Under the pieces are notes generated by a model. The model was not told the origin of the DNA. It saw only the letters and a list, made by a program, of their open reading frames with translations, and searched no databases. Below, piece after piece: positions 21,235-30,021 of a DNA stretch of 64,000 nt; positions within the stretch are counted from its first letter, which is position 1; every line of letters begins with the position of its first letter. This DNA comes from an uncultured delta proteobacterium (GTDB lineage Bacteria; Desulfobacterota; Binatia; Binatales; Binataceae): positions 352,001 to 416,000 of the forward strand of contig CAWJET010000002.1 of NCBI GenBank assembly GCA_963842085.1, written 5' to 3'. Made by a program: the position numbers and the translations under genes.

Positions 21235-22598
21235 TGAGGCCCCGGGTTCTCAGGTCGCGGACGCCGGAGTTCAGAAAATTTCTGGCCGCGATACTCGCGC
21301 GGCCCGGCGGCGACAGCACGGCCGTGGATCGGGCGGTGTCGAAGATTATCGCCGACGTGCGAAAGCGCGGCGATCGGGCGCTGATCGAGCTGACGGCCAG
21401 GTTTGACGGCGTGAAACTCACTCCAGCCACGCTCCGCGTGACGCCTGCCGAGCGCCATTCGGCGATCAACCGAATCCCGGCCGACGATCGCCGTGCGCTG
21501 GAGCTGGCGGCCGAGCGAATCGCGGAGTTCCATCGCCGCACGATGGACAAGTCGTTCATCTATCGCGACAAGTCCGGGATGCGGCTCGGCCAGATGGTCC
21601 AGCCGATGCGTCGCGTGGGGATATACGTGCCCGGCGGGCTCGGCGCGTATCCGTCGTCGCTGCTGATGAACGCGATTCCGGCCAAGGTCGCCGGCGTCGC
21701 CGAAATCGTGATGGTTTCGCCGCCGTCGGCGGAAGGTGAGCGGCTCGCCGTGCTGGCGGCCGCGGAAATCGCCGGCGTCGACGAGTTCTACCGCGTCGGC
21801 GGAGCGCAGGCGGTCGCCGCGCTTGCCTACGGCACGGAAACAATCAGGCCGGTGGACAAGATCGTCGGTCCCGGCAACGCGTTCGTGCAGGCCGCCAAGC
21901 GGATGGTCTATGGCGTCGTCGATATCGACAAGATGGCGGGGCCGAGTGAGGTGCTGGTGATAGCAGACGACCGCGCGCGTCCCGAATGGATCGCTGCCGA
22001 CCTGATCGCGCAGGCCGAGCACGGCTCCGGTGACGAGGCGGCCGTGCTGCTGACGACTTCGGCGAGCGTTGCGAATCGAGCGGCGGCGGCGGTGGAAATC
22101 GCGCTGAAGAGCCTGCCGCGCGCCCGCCAGGTCGAGGCGGTATTGGTCAAGCGCGGCGCGGTGGTCATCGTCAACGATTTGAACGAGGCGTTCGAGCTGG
22201 CCAATGAGATCGGGCCGGAGCATCTAGAGCTCGACGTGCGCAATCCGTCGCGGTGGCTGGCGCAGGTAAAGGCTGCGGGCGCGGTCTTTCTGGGGCCGCT
22301 CACTCCCGCGCCGCTTGGCGACTACCTTGCGGGTCCGAATCACGTTCTGCCGACCGGGGGCGCCGCGCGCTTTGCGTCGCCTCTGGGTGCATACGATTTC
22401 CTGAAACGAACCAGTATAATCGAGGCATCGACGGGTGCGATTGCGGCGCTCGGACCGGCAGTGGCGCATCTGGCGCGGATGGAAGGGTTCGAGGGGCACG
22501 CGCGCGCGATGGAACTTCGGGCCGCGACGGCAGGGGTGACCGCTGCACCCAGCATTAAGAAAAAGATGCGGGCCGCGCGCGTTAGAAATTGCGAGTGA
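21234..22598 (+). CDS. hisD: Histidinol dehydrogenase
   Basis: GIYVPGG, GGAQA, IVGPGN, AGPSE, QAEH, GDYLAGPNHVLPT; TAATG coupling to murA. Confidence 0.96.
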   Translation: MRPRVLRSRTPEFRKFLAAILARPGGDSTAVDRAVSKIIADVRKRGDRALIELTARFDGVKLTPATLRVTPAERHSAINRIPADDRRALELAAERIAEFHRRTMDKSFIYRDKSGMRLGQMVQPMRRVGIYVPGGLGAYPSSLLMNAIPAKVAGVAEIVMVSPPSAEGERLAVLAAAEIAGVDEFYRVGGAQAVAALAYGTETIRPVDKIVGPGNAFVQAAKRMVYGVVDIDKMAGPSEVLVIADDRARPEWIAADLIAQAEHGSGDEAAVLLTTSASVANRAAAAVEIALKSLPRARQVEAVLVKRGAVVIVNDLNEAFELANEIGPEHLELDVRNPSRWLAQVKAAGAVFLGPLTPAPLGDYLAGPNHVLPTGGAARFASPLGAYDFLKRTSIIEASTGAIAALGPAVAHLARMEGFEGHARAMELRAATAGVTAAPSIKKKMRAARVRNCE

Positions 22599-22618
22599 AG
22601 GGTGAAGGGGCAGGCGGA

Positions 22619-23287
22619 ATGCAAAACAGACGCAAAGTCAGTGTGCAAAACAAAGGCAAGACCACGGGGCCGGTCGCGCGGCTGGCGCCGGCCAAGGCGA
22701 AGCGCAGCGCCGAAGTCGAGCGCAAGACGCGCGAGACTTCCGTCACGGTCGCGCTCAAGCTCGATGGCGCAGGGCGCGGCGAGGCAAAGACCGGCGTTCC
22801 GTTCCTCGATCACATGCTCGAAAGCTTCGCCCGCCACGGATTCTTCGATCTGAAGGTCGAGGCCACCGGCGACTTGCATATAGATGACCATCACACGGTC
22901 GAAGACGTCGGAATCGTCGTGGGCCGAGCGTTTCGCGAAGCGCTCGGCGATCGCGCAGGAATCAAGCGCTTTGGCGAGGCGACGGTGCCGCTGGACGAGG
23001 CGGTCTGCACGGCGATTGTCGATATCAGCGGTCGCGCATACCTGGGTTACAACGTCCCGATCAGCCAGGAGCGCGTCGGCAACTTCCAGACCGAGCTGGT
23101 GCACGATTTCATGAAGGCGCTGACGGACGAGGTCGGGATGAACCTCCACCTCAACCTGGTTAGCGGTCGCAACCCGCATCACATCATCGAGGCGACGTTC
23201 AAGGCGTTGGCGCGCGCGATGGATCATGCGACGACGCGCGAGCCGCGGCTGTCCGGCGTGCTTTCGACCAAGGGCACGCTCAGCTAG
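22619..23287 (+). CDS. hisB: Imidazoleglycerol-phosphate dehydratase
   Basis: RKTRET, FLDHML, DDHHTVEDVG, NPHHIIEA, STKG. Confidence 0.96.
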   Translation: MQNRRKVSVQNKGKTTGPVARLAPAKAKRSAEVERKTRETSVTVALKLDGAGRGEAKTGVPFLDHMLESFARHGFFDLKVEATGDLHIDDHHTVEDVGIVVGRAFREALGDRAGIKRFGEATVPLDEAVCTAIVDISGRAYLGYNVPISQERVGNFQTELVHDFMKALTDEVGMNLHLNLVSGRNPHHIIEATFKALARAMDHATTREPRLSGVLSTKGTLS

Positions 23288-23309
23288 ATCGCTGATTAGA
23301 ATAGTTCGC

Positions 23310-24047
23310 TTGTTCGAGAAGTTCACCGTTATTCCCGCAATTGACCTGAAGGGCGGCCGGGTCGTGCGCCTGCTCCGCGGCGACATGAACCGGGCGACCG
23401 TCTACGGCGGCGAGCCCGGAGATGCGGCGCGTCGCTTCGAGGATGAGGGTGCGGAGCTGATTCACGTCGTCGATCTGGACGGCGCGATCGCGGGGGAGCC
23501 ACGAAATGTCGCGGCGATCGCGCAAATTCGAGCCGCCGTGAAATGTGCTATCGACGTGAGCGGCGGGCTGCGCACGATCGAAGCGGTACGCGCGACGTTC
23601 GCGGCCGGTGCGGACCGGGTCTCGATTGGTTCGGCCGCATTGCTCAATCCAGAGCTGGTTCAGCGCGCCTGCGCCGAGTTCCCCGGCCGGGTGTTCGGGT
23701 CGATCGACATTCGAGACGGCCGGCTCGCCGTCAAGGGATGGGTCGAGACCAGCCAACTCACGCTCGCCGAAGCAGCGGAACGGTTTCGCGTCGCGGGAGT
23801 TGCCGCCGCAATCGTGACCGACATCGCCCGCGATGGGGCGCAGGTCGGCGTAGATGCGGTCGGAATGGAAGAAGTCGCGCGCGCGGTTCGCATCCCGGTC
23901 ATTGCGTCGGGTGGTGTCGCGAGCCTCGATGACATTCGCGGTCTTCGAAGGCTGTTCGGCACCGGGGTGGTGGGAGTGGTCGTCGGACGGGCGCTTTATT
24001 CAGGGAATTTCGGCTTGAAAGACGCGTTGGCAGCGGCTATCAGCTAA
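23310..24047 (+). CDS. hisA: ProFAR isomerase
   Basis: IPAIDLKGG.VVRL, HVVDLDGA, TDIARDG, IASGG; TTG start 7 nt after TAGAAT. Confidence 0.93.
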   Translation: MFEKFTVIPAIDLKGGRVVRLLRGDMNRATVYGGEPGDAARRFEDEGAELIHVVDLDGAIAGEPRNVAAIAQIRAAVKCAIDVSGGLRTIEAVRATFAAGADRVSIGSAALLNPELVQRACAEFPGRVFGSIDIRDGRLAVKGWVETSQLTLAEAAERFRVAGVAAAIVTDIARDGAQVGVDAVGMEEVARAVRIPVIASGGVASLDDIRGLRRLFGTGVVGVVVGRALYSGNFGLKDALAAAIS

Positions 24048-24070
24048 ACAACATCCGGTCGCTCACCCGG

Positions 24071-25093
24071 TCAGCTTGCGTCAGACCGCAGCCTCACCTG
24101 TGGATTCGCGCAGCATCGCGGCACGCGCCCGGCGAACACGTCGATAATATTGTCCACCGCTATCGCGCTCATCCGCGCCCGCGTCGCAATGCTGGCGCTG
24201 CCGATGTGCGGCGTGATTACGACATTGGCGAGTCGAAGGATTGGATCACGCGGCGCAATCGGCTCGGGATCGGTTACGTCGAGGCCTGCGCCGGCCAAGC
24301 GCCCTGATTTCAGCGCCGCGAGCATCGCGGTTTGATCGACGATCGCTCCGCGCGCGGTATTGATTAGAATCGCGCCGCGCTTCATCAGCGCGAACTCGCG
24401 CGCCCCTATCATGTGACGTGTCTTTGGTGTCAGCGGTACGTGAATCGACACAAAATCTGACTGTGCCAGCAGGCGGGGCAGGCTGACACCGACGGCGCCC
24501 ATGAGGCGCGCGTCGTTTCGAGGCAGCTTTCGCCTGCTCGACGGATGGTTGAGATAGAGCACGCGCATCCCGAAGCCCGTCGCGCGGCGCGCCATTGCCC
24601 GGCCAATTGCGCCGAATCCAACCAGCCCGAGCGTGCTCGAGTGCACGTCGCGGCCGAGCATCGTCATCGGCCCCCACGTGCGCCACTTGCCCGCGCGCAC
24701 GTGACGGTCGGCCTCGGCGATTCGCCGCGCCGCGGCCATCAGCAGGCCGAAGGCAAGGTCGGCGGTGGCCTCGGTCAGGACTCCGGGGGTGTGACCGACG
24801 GCGATTCCGGCGCGGGTGGCGGCGTCGAGGTCGATATTGTCGACGCCGACGGCCAGGTTGCTGATGACGCGAAGCCGCGGCGCGCTCACGATCGCGCGCT
24901 CGTCGATCTTGTCGGTGAGCATCGAGAGCACTGCGTCGGCGTCCGCCAGTGCGGATCTCAGAGCCGGCGCCGGCGGCGGTGTCTCGCCTTGCCACACCGT
25001 AACCGCGGCGGCGGCGCGGAGACGGTCGAGCGCGGCGCGCTCGATCGCGCGGGTGACGAAGACTTTTCTGCGTCGGCGTGCCGGACGCGGCAT
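24071..25093 (-). CDS. D-2-hydroxyacid dehydrogenase (glyoxylate/hydroxypyruvate reductase-like)
   Basis: GVDNID, GLVGFGAIG, INTARG, GLDV..PEP, PHIGSA. Confidence 0.93.
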   Translation of the reverse strand: MPRPARRRRKVFVTRAIERAALDRLRAAAAVTVWQGETPPPAPALRSALADADAVLSMLTDKIDERAIVSAPRLRVISNLAVGVDNIDLDAATRAGIAVGHTPGVLTEATADLAFGLLMAAARRIAEADRHVRAGKWRTWGPMTMLGRDVHSSTLGLVGFGAIGRAMARRATGFGMRVLYLNHPSSRRKLPRNDARLMGAVGVSLPRLLAQSDFVSIHVPLTPKTRHMIGAREFALMKRGAILINTARGAIVDQTAMLAALKSGRLAGAGLDVTDPEPIAPRDPILRLANVVITPHIGSASIATRARMSAIAVDNIIDVFAGRVPRCCANPQVRLRSDAS

Positions 25094-25149
25094 GCGGCTA
25101 AGCTCCCGGTGGTTCAAATAGTTCTTTGGCTCTGCTATACGCGACAAGC

Positions 25150-27321
25150 GTGGCTGACTCCATCGTTTCATCGGTAATATCGTCGGCTCGTTCGAGTGGA
25201 CGGTCGGTTCTCACGGAAATCGAGAGCAAGCGAATCATGCATTCGCTCGGCCTGCCGGTCGTGGTGCCGGAGGCTGCGTCAACGGCTGACGACGCCGTCC
25301 GGGCGGCGGCCCGGATCGGATTCCCGGTGGTGCTGAAAGTGCTGTCACTGCAGGTGAGTCACAAGAGCGACGTCGGCGGCGTCGCGCTGAATCTCGACAA
25401 TGAAGCCGCTGTGCGCGATGCGTTCGAGCGAATCCGCAGCAATCTGGCCGCAGGCGCCGCCGACGCGCGCTTCGAAGGGGTTGCGGTGCAGCCGATGGCG
25501 AAGCCGGGCGTTGAGCTGCTCGCCGGGACGTTCCACGACGATCGATTCGGCGCGATGGTGATGGTGGGGCTGGGCGGCGTGTTCGTCGAGGTGCTGAAAG
25601 ACACCGCGCTGGCGCTTGCGCCGATTGGCGGGCGCGAAGCGTCGGCGATGCTCGCGCGGCTTCGCGGCGCGCAGATTCTGCGCGGCGTCCGCGGTCAGCC
25701 TGGCGTTGATATCGACGCGCTCGTTTCGCTGCTCGAGACCGTCTCGGGAATCGCCGCGACGCATCCGGATATTGCCGAGATGGATCTCAATCCGGTCGTT
25801 GCGTACGAGGACGGTCTCGCGATCCTGGATGCGCGAATCGTGCTCGCGGCGGCCAAGACCGAGACACCGCCGCCGGACCCGCATCGCGCGGCGCGGCTCA
25901 AAAATCTCGCGCGCGCTTTCAACCCGCGCACGGTTGCCGTCATCGGCGACAAGCGGATGAGCGGGTACATGTGGATCCGCGCGATGGCGCATCTCAAGGG
26001 CAAGCTCTACTCGGTGCAAATCGATCCCAACGAGATACCGGGCATCGAAGCGATGGGCGTGGAGAACCGCAAGAGCCTGGCCGAAATCACGGAGCCGGTC
26101 GATTACGCGGTCAGCGCCGTGCCGCGCCAGATCGCACCGCGAATTTTGAAGGATTGCGTCGCCAACCACGTCGGCTCGATCGGATTTTTCACGTCGGGAT
26201 TTTCGGAGACCTCGGAGGAGCTGGGAATCCGGCTCGAAGCCGAGCTGCGCGACATCGCGCTCAACTCGGAGATCGCGCTGGTCGGTCCCAATTGCATGGG
26301 GCTGTACAGCCCGGCGGCGGGCCTCTGCAATTTTCCCGAAGAAAATGTGGGAGACGGCGGCGACGTCTGCTTCATCTCGCAAAGCGGCACGCACACCATC
26401 AACTTTTGCCTGCAGGCGCCCACCCACGGCAACAAGGTCAACAAGGCGGCGTCGATCGGCAACGTGCTGGTGCTCGAGGCGGCGGACTATATCGACCTGA
26501 TGACGGCCGATCCGGCGACCCGCGTGATTGGGATGTATATCGAAGGCGTGCGCGACGGGCGCCGGTTCTTTGACAGCGTCCGGCACGCGGCCGAGCGTCA
26601 TCCGGTGGTCATCTGGAAGGGCGGGGTGACCGAGGCGGGCGCGCGCGCCACATTCTCGCATACCGGGTCGCTCGCGACTGCCGAGGCGACCTGGCGCGCC
26701 GTGGTGCGGCAGAGTGGCGCGGTCGAAGTGGCGAGCCTCGATGCGATGCTCGACGCGGTCGAGCTGTTCGCGCGCGCCAAGCGTATCGGCGGCAAGCGGA
26801 TGGGTCTGGTTGCGATGACCGGCGGCCAGTCCGTGGTGATCACCGACACGTTTGCGACGGCGGGGCTCGAAATTCCCGCGCTATCGGAGTCGTCGTACGA
26901 CGAGCTGAAGACGTTTTTTAATATAATCGGAGGCAGCTACCGCAATCCGCTCGATGCGGGCGGTACGATCGGCGCGGCGCACCATCAGGGCAATCTCGAT
27001 CGCATCCTCGAGATTCTCGAACGCGACCCGGTCATCGACGCGATCGTGCTGGAGGTCGGCACCGGATTGCGTGCGGCACGATGGGCCACGCACGAGGATG
27101 AGATCACGGGCCTGCTCGACAAGCTGGCGGATTTTGCCGGGCGCTCGACCAAGCCGTTCGCTATCGTGATGCATCCTGCGCACGTCGAGGCGATCGTCGC
27201 GCGGGGCAAGGAGCTTGCGCGAGCGCGCGGGGTGGTCGTGTTCGACAGTTTCGAGCGCGCCGCCGCCGCATTCAGGACCGCGTCGGACTACTGGGCAAAT
27301 CGCTCGCGGCTGGGCAGCTAG
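25150..27321 (+). CDS. ADP-forming acyl-CoA synthetase (ATP-grasp domain first, then CoA-binding/ligase domains)
   Basis: GFPVVLK..HKSDVGGV, DLNPV, VGPNCMG, ISQSG, SHTGSLA (phospho-His), NPLD. Confidence 0.88.
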   Translation: MADSIVSSVISSARSSGRSVLTEIESKRIMHSLGLPVVVPEAASTADDAVRAAARIGFPVVLKVLSLQVSHKSDVGGVALNLDNEAAVRDAFERIRSNLAAGAADARFEGVAVQPMAKPGVELLAGTFHDDRFGAMVMVGLGGVFVEVLKDTALALAPIGGREASAMLARLRGAQILRGVRGQPGVDIDALVSLLETVSGIAATHPDIAEMDLNPVVAYEDGLAILDARIVLAAAKTETPPPDPHRAARLKNLARAFNPRTVAVIGDKRMSGYMWIRAMAHLKGKLYSVQIDPNEIPGIEAMGVENRKSLAEITEPVDYAVSAVPRQIAPRILKDCVANHVGSIGFFTSGFSETSEELGIRLEAELRDIALNSEIALVGPNCMGLYSPAAGLCNFPEENVGDGGDVCFISQSGTHTINFCLQAPTHGNKVNKAASIGNVLVLEAADYIDLMTADPATRVIGMYIEGVRDGRRFFDSVRHAAERHPVVIWKGGVTEAGARATFSHTGSLATAEATWRAVVRQSGAVEVASLDAMLDAVELFARAKRIGGKRMGLVAMTGGQSVVITDTFATAGLEIPALSESSYDELKTFFNIIGGSYRNPLDAGGTIGAAHHQGNLDRILEILERDPVIDAIVLEVGTGLRAARWATHEDEITGLLDKLADFAGRSTKPFAIVMHPAHVEAIVARGKELARARGVVVFDSFERAAAAFRTASDYWANRSRLGS

Positions 27322-27378
27322 AGTCAAGCAGTCCAGGTTGACTCAGCGGCGTTCGGCTCTGAGACTCAACTTCTGGAG

Positions 27379-28566
27379 GTGCTGAATATGGAGCAGCTCG
27401 TATCGGAACAAGCCCGACCTTATTTCGAGAAGGTGCAGAAGATTGCAGCGATAATTCGCGAGCATGCCGATCGCGCCGAGTGCGAGGCGCAGATGCCGCG
27501 CGAGGTTGCCGATGCGTTCCACGAGACCGGGCTGTTTAAGGTTTTCCTGCCGCGCAATATGGGCGGCGGCGAGCTGACGATTCCCGATTCGCTGCGGCTA
27601 TGCGAGGAAATTTCGCGCATCGACGCGTCCACGGGCTGGAACTTCGCGATCTGTTCCGGCGGCCCACTGTTCGGACACAACCTCTCGCGTGCGGCGTTCG
27701 AAAAGATCTACGGCGATCCGCGAGGCGTCAGCGCCGGATCGCTGAATCCGATGACCACGCAGGCGGTTTCGGTGGAGGGCGGATGGCGACTCAGCGGGAA
27801 GGCCCAATATGCCAGCGGTTCAGGGCACGCGACCTATCTGTTGGCGGCCGGACTTGTTTTGCGCGATGGTGCGCCGCAATTCGTCAACGAGGTTCCTGTG
27901 CTGCGTGCGGGGCTGTTTCCGATCGAGCATGCGAAAATCCTGAACACCTGGTCGACCGCTGGAATGAGAGGCACCGGCAGCAACGATTGCGTGTTCGAAA
28001 ATGTTTTTGTGCCGGATGAATTCACTTTCGATTGGCTGGACGCGAAATCGCCGTGGCAGCGCGGTCCGTTCGGCAACATTCCATTACACGTGCAAATCTC
28101 GGGCGGCCTCGCGCCTGTGATCCTTGGCGCCGCACGCCACGCGCTCGATACGCTGAATGAGCTTGCACGCGCCAAGGTGCCGGCAGCAACTCGGGCTACG
28201 TTGCGCGAGCGCCCGATCGCACAAATCCAGTTCGCGCAGGCGGAGGGTCTGCTGCAGGCGGCGCGCTCCTACCTGTACAGTTCGCAAGATGAGGTGTGGC
28301 GCAAGGGCGAGGCGGGCGAGAGCTTCACCGTTCAGGATCTGGCGCATATTCGGCTCGCAATCGTCACCGCTATGAAGCTGGGGCTGCAGGCGGTCGATCT
28401 GGTCGCGGACGCGGCCGGGATGAACTCGGCGCAGAAGTCGTGTCCGATCGAGCGATGCTGGCGCGATGCGCATACGGCATCGCAGCACGTGTTGGTAAAC
28501 ACGGCGCGCTTCGAGGTGGTAGGCCGCGTGCTGTTCGGACTGGATCCAGGCTCGCCGGTAATCTGA
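27379..28566 (+). CDS. Acyl-CoA-dehydrogenase-fold flavin-dependent monooxygenase (HsaA-like)
   Basis: DASTGW, WRLSG..ASG, WSTAGMRGTGSND, ERCWRDAH. Confidence 0.85.
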   Translation: MLNMEQLVSEQARPYFEKVQKIAAIIREHADRAECEAQMPREVADAFHETGLFKVFLPRNMGGGELTIPDSLRLCEEISRIDASTGWNFAICSGGPLFGHNLSRAAFEKIYGDPRGVSAGSLNPMTTQAVSVEGGWRLSGKAQYASGSGHATYLLAAGLVLRDGAPQFVNEVPVLRAGLFPIEHAKILNTWSTAGMRGTGSNDCVFENVFVPDEFTFDWLDAKSPWQRGPFGNIPLHVQISGGLAPVILGAARHALDTLNELARAKVPAATRATLRERPIAQIQFAQAEGLLQAARSYLYSSQDEVWRKGEAGESFTVQDLAHIRLAIVTAMKLGLQAVDLVADAAGMNSAQKSCPIERCWRDAHTASQHVLVNTARFEVVGRVLFGLDPGSPVI

Positions 28567-28577
28567 AACGATGATAT

Positions 28578-29969
28578 CTACCGCGGCGGTTCGATTACCG
28601 TCATCACCGTGCCTGCCGTTGCGTCGCCGTCGAGAAACGCCAGCCATCGGCCCCTCAGCGACCAGCTCATCGTAACGGTGCCGCGGGCCGGACCTTCGGC
28701 GAGCAGAAACGCGCTATCGTAGTGGAGAGAATAGGTGACGATCTTCCGCCACGGCACCGGCAGACTCGGCGCATAGATTTGCATCGCCGCCTCGTCCGCA
28801 TCTTTCGAATACTCCATCGTGCTGCGCGCCAGCATCTCAGGCACGCTCTGGAAGCCCAGCGATTTCACATCAACCTGGCCCTGTTCGGATTGCGCTACCG
28901 CGATTTGCGCGAGCACCGGCGCTTCGGGATGCTCGATCGCTCGCGCGAAAGTAAGCCCCTGGTTGCCAAGCGTGACGGTGTCGCCACCGGCGGCAAAGGA
29001 CGCGGCGCCCGTCGATACCCCCATCAAACGTTCCGCGCCGGTCGCAATGTCGTACTTGAATACGCCGATCGTGCGGTGTGTGGGGTCGGGCCCGACATAC
29101 AGGAACGACCCTTCGTCATCCTTGTCCCAGTCGAGCACGTGAATCGGCTCGCGTACGTGAAACCTGGTGCAGGTGGAGTTGCGCCGATCGAGGATGACCG
29201 GGGGCGCGGCCGCGTCGCCCTGGCCGACCGCATAGACGCCGTGTGCGCTCCAACTGAGCGCCGACATCGGGCATGAGAACTTCAGCGGCAGGACCGAACC
29301 AGCGCCAGTGACGACGATCATCTGCAAGCCGTCGGCGGGATTTGGCGGTGGCTCGGCGGAAGACTCGGTCGAATCGGGCGGCGGTGATTCGACGCCGGCG
29401 CCGGATTCCTCGGGCGGTTCGGGATGCCGTCGCAGCGCAAGCGCGATCGTCGCGTCGTTGAGCCAGCTCATCGAGATGGAGTCGAACCGGCCATTGAAGC
29501 TCGCGAGCACGTTGCCCGCGCCGCTGGCGATCAGGTCGCGAATGATCACATCGACCCGGTTGCCGCCCGGCGCGACCATCGCGGTCGCGAGCGTCAGCCC
29601 GTTGGGACTCGCGGCGACGTCAGCGATGGTTCCCTCCTCGGCTGCGTCCGGTCCCGTCTCCGCCGCGAGGATACGGCCGGTCCGCCACCCGGCGCCGCTG
29701 AGGCCATACATGATCGTGTGCCCAGTCTGAGTCCCGACGACACCGATTTCCGCGCTGTTCTGCAGCCAGATGGGAGAACGCGCGGCAATCGGCGCGAAGC
29801 CTTGCGGCATCGCGACGTTGGTCAGCACCTTGATGCCGTTGGTGACCTCCAGGGTGGTGGAATGGCCGACAAACGGCGGCGGCCCGGGCTTGGGCGCCTT
29901 GGCAGTCGAGCATGACGCAACGCTCACGGCAGTCAGAGCAAGGATCAAGATGAGGACAGACCTGGGCAT
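28578..29969 (-). CDS. Lipoprotein, probable TolB-like beta-propeller
   Basis: Lipobox VASC; repeated aromatic-S-x-x-G turns (ASPNG, WSAHG, WSLRG). Confidence 0.65.
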   Translation of the reverse strand: MPRSVLILILALTAVSVASCSTAKAPKPGPPPFVGHSTTLEVTNGIKVLTNVAMPQGFAPIAARSPIWLQNSAEIGVVGTQTGHTIMYGLSGAGWRTGRILAAETGPDAAEEGTIADVAASPNGLTLATAMVAPGGNRVDVIIRDLIASGAGNVLASFNGRFDSISMSWLNDATIALALRRHPEPPEESGAGVESPPPDSTESSAEPPPNPADGLQMIVVTGAGSVLPLKFSCPMSALSWSAHGVYAVGQGDAAAPPVILDRRNSTCTRFHVREPIHVLDWDKDDEGSFLYVGPDPTHRTIGVFKYDIATGAERLMGVSTGAASFAAGGDTVTLGNQGLTFARAIEHPEAPVLAQIAVAQSEQGQVDVKSLGFQSVPEMLARSTMEYSKDADEAAMQIYAPSLPVPWRKIVTYSLHYDSAFLLAEGPARGTVTMSWSLRGRWLAFLDGDATAGTVMTVIEPPR

Positions 29970-30021
29970 CGAAAAGCGGTAGTGTATTTGGACCGATCAA
30001 AAAAGGCGACCGATTCAGAGA

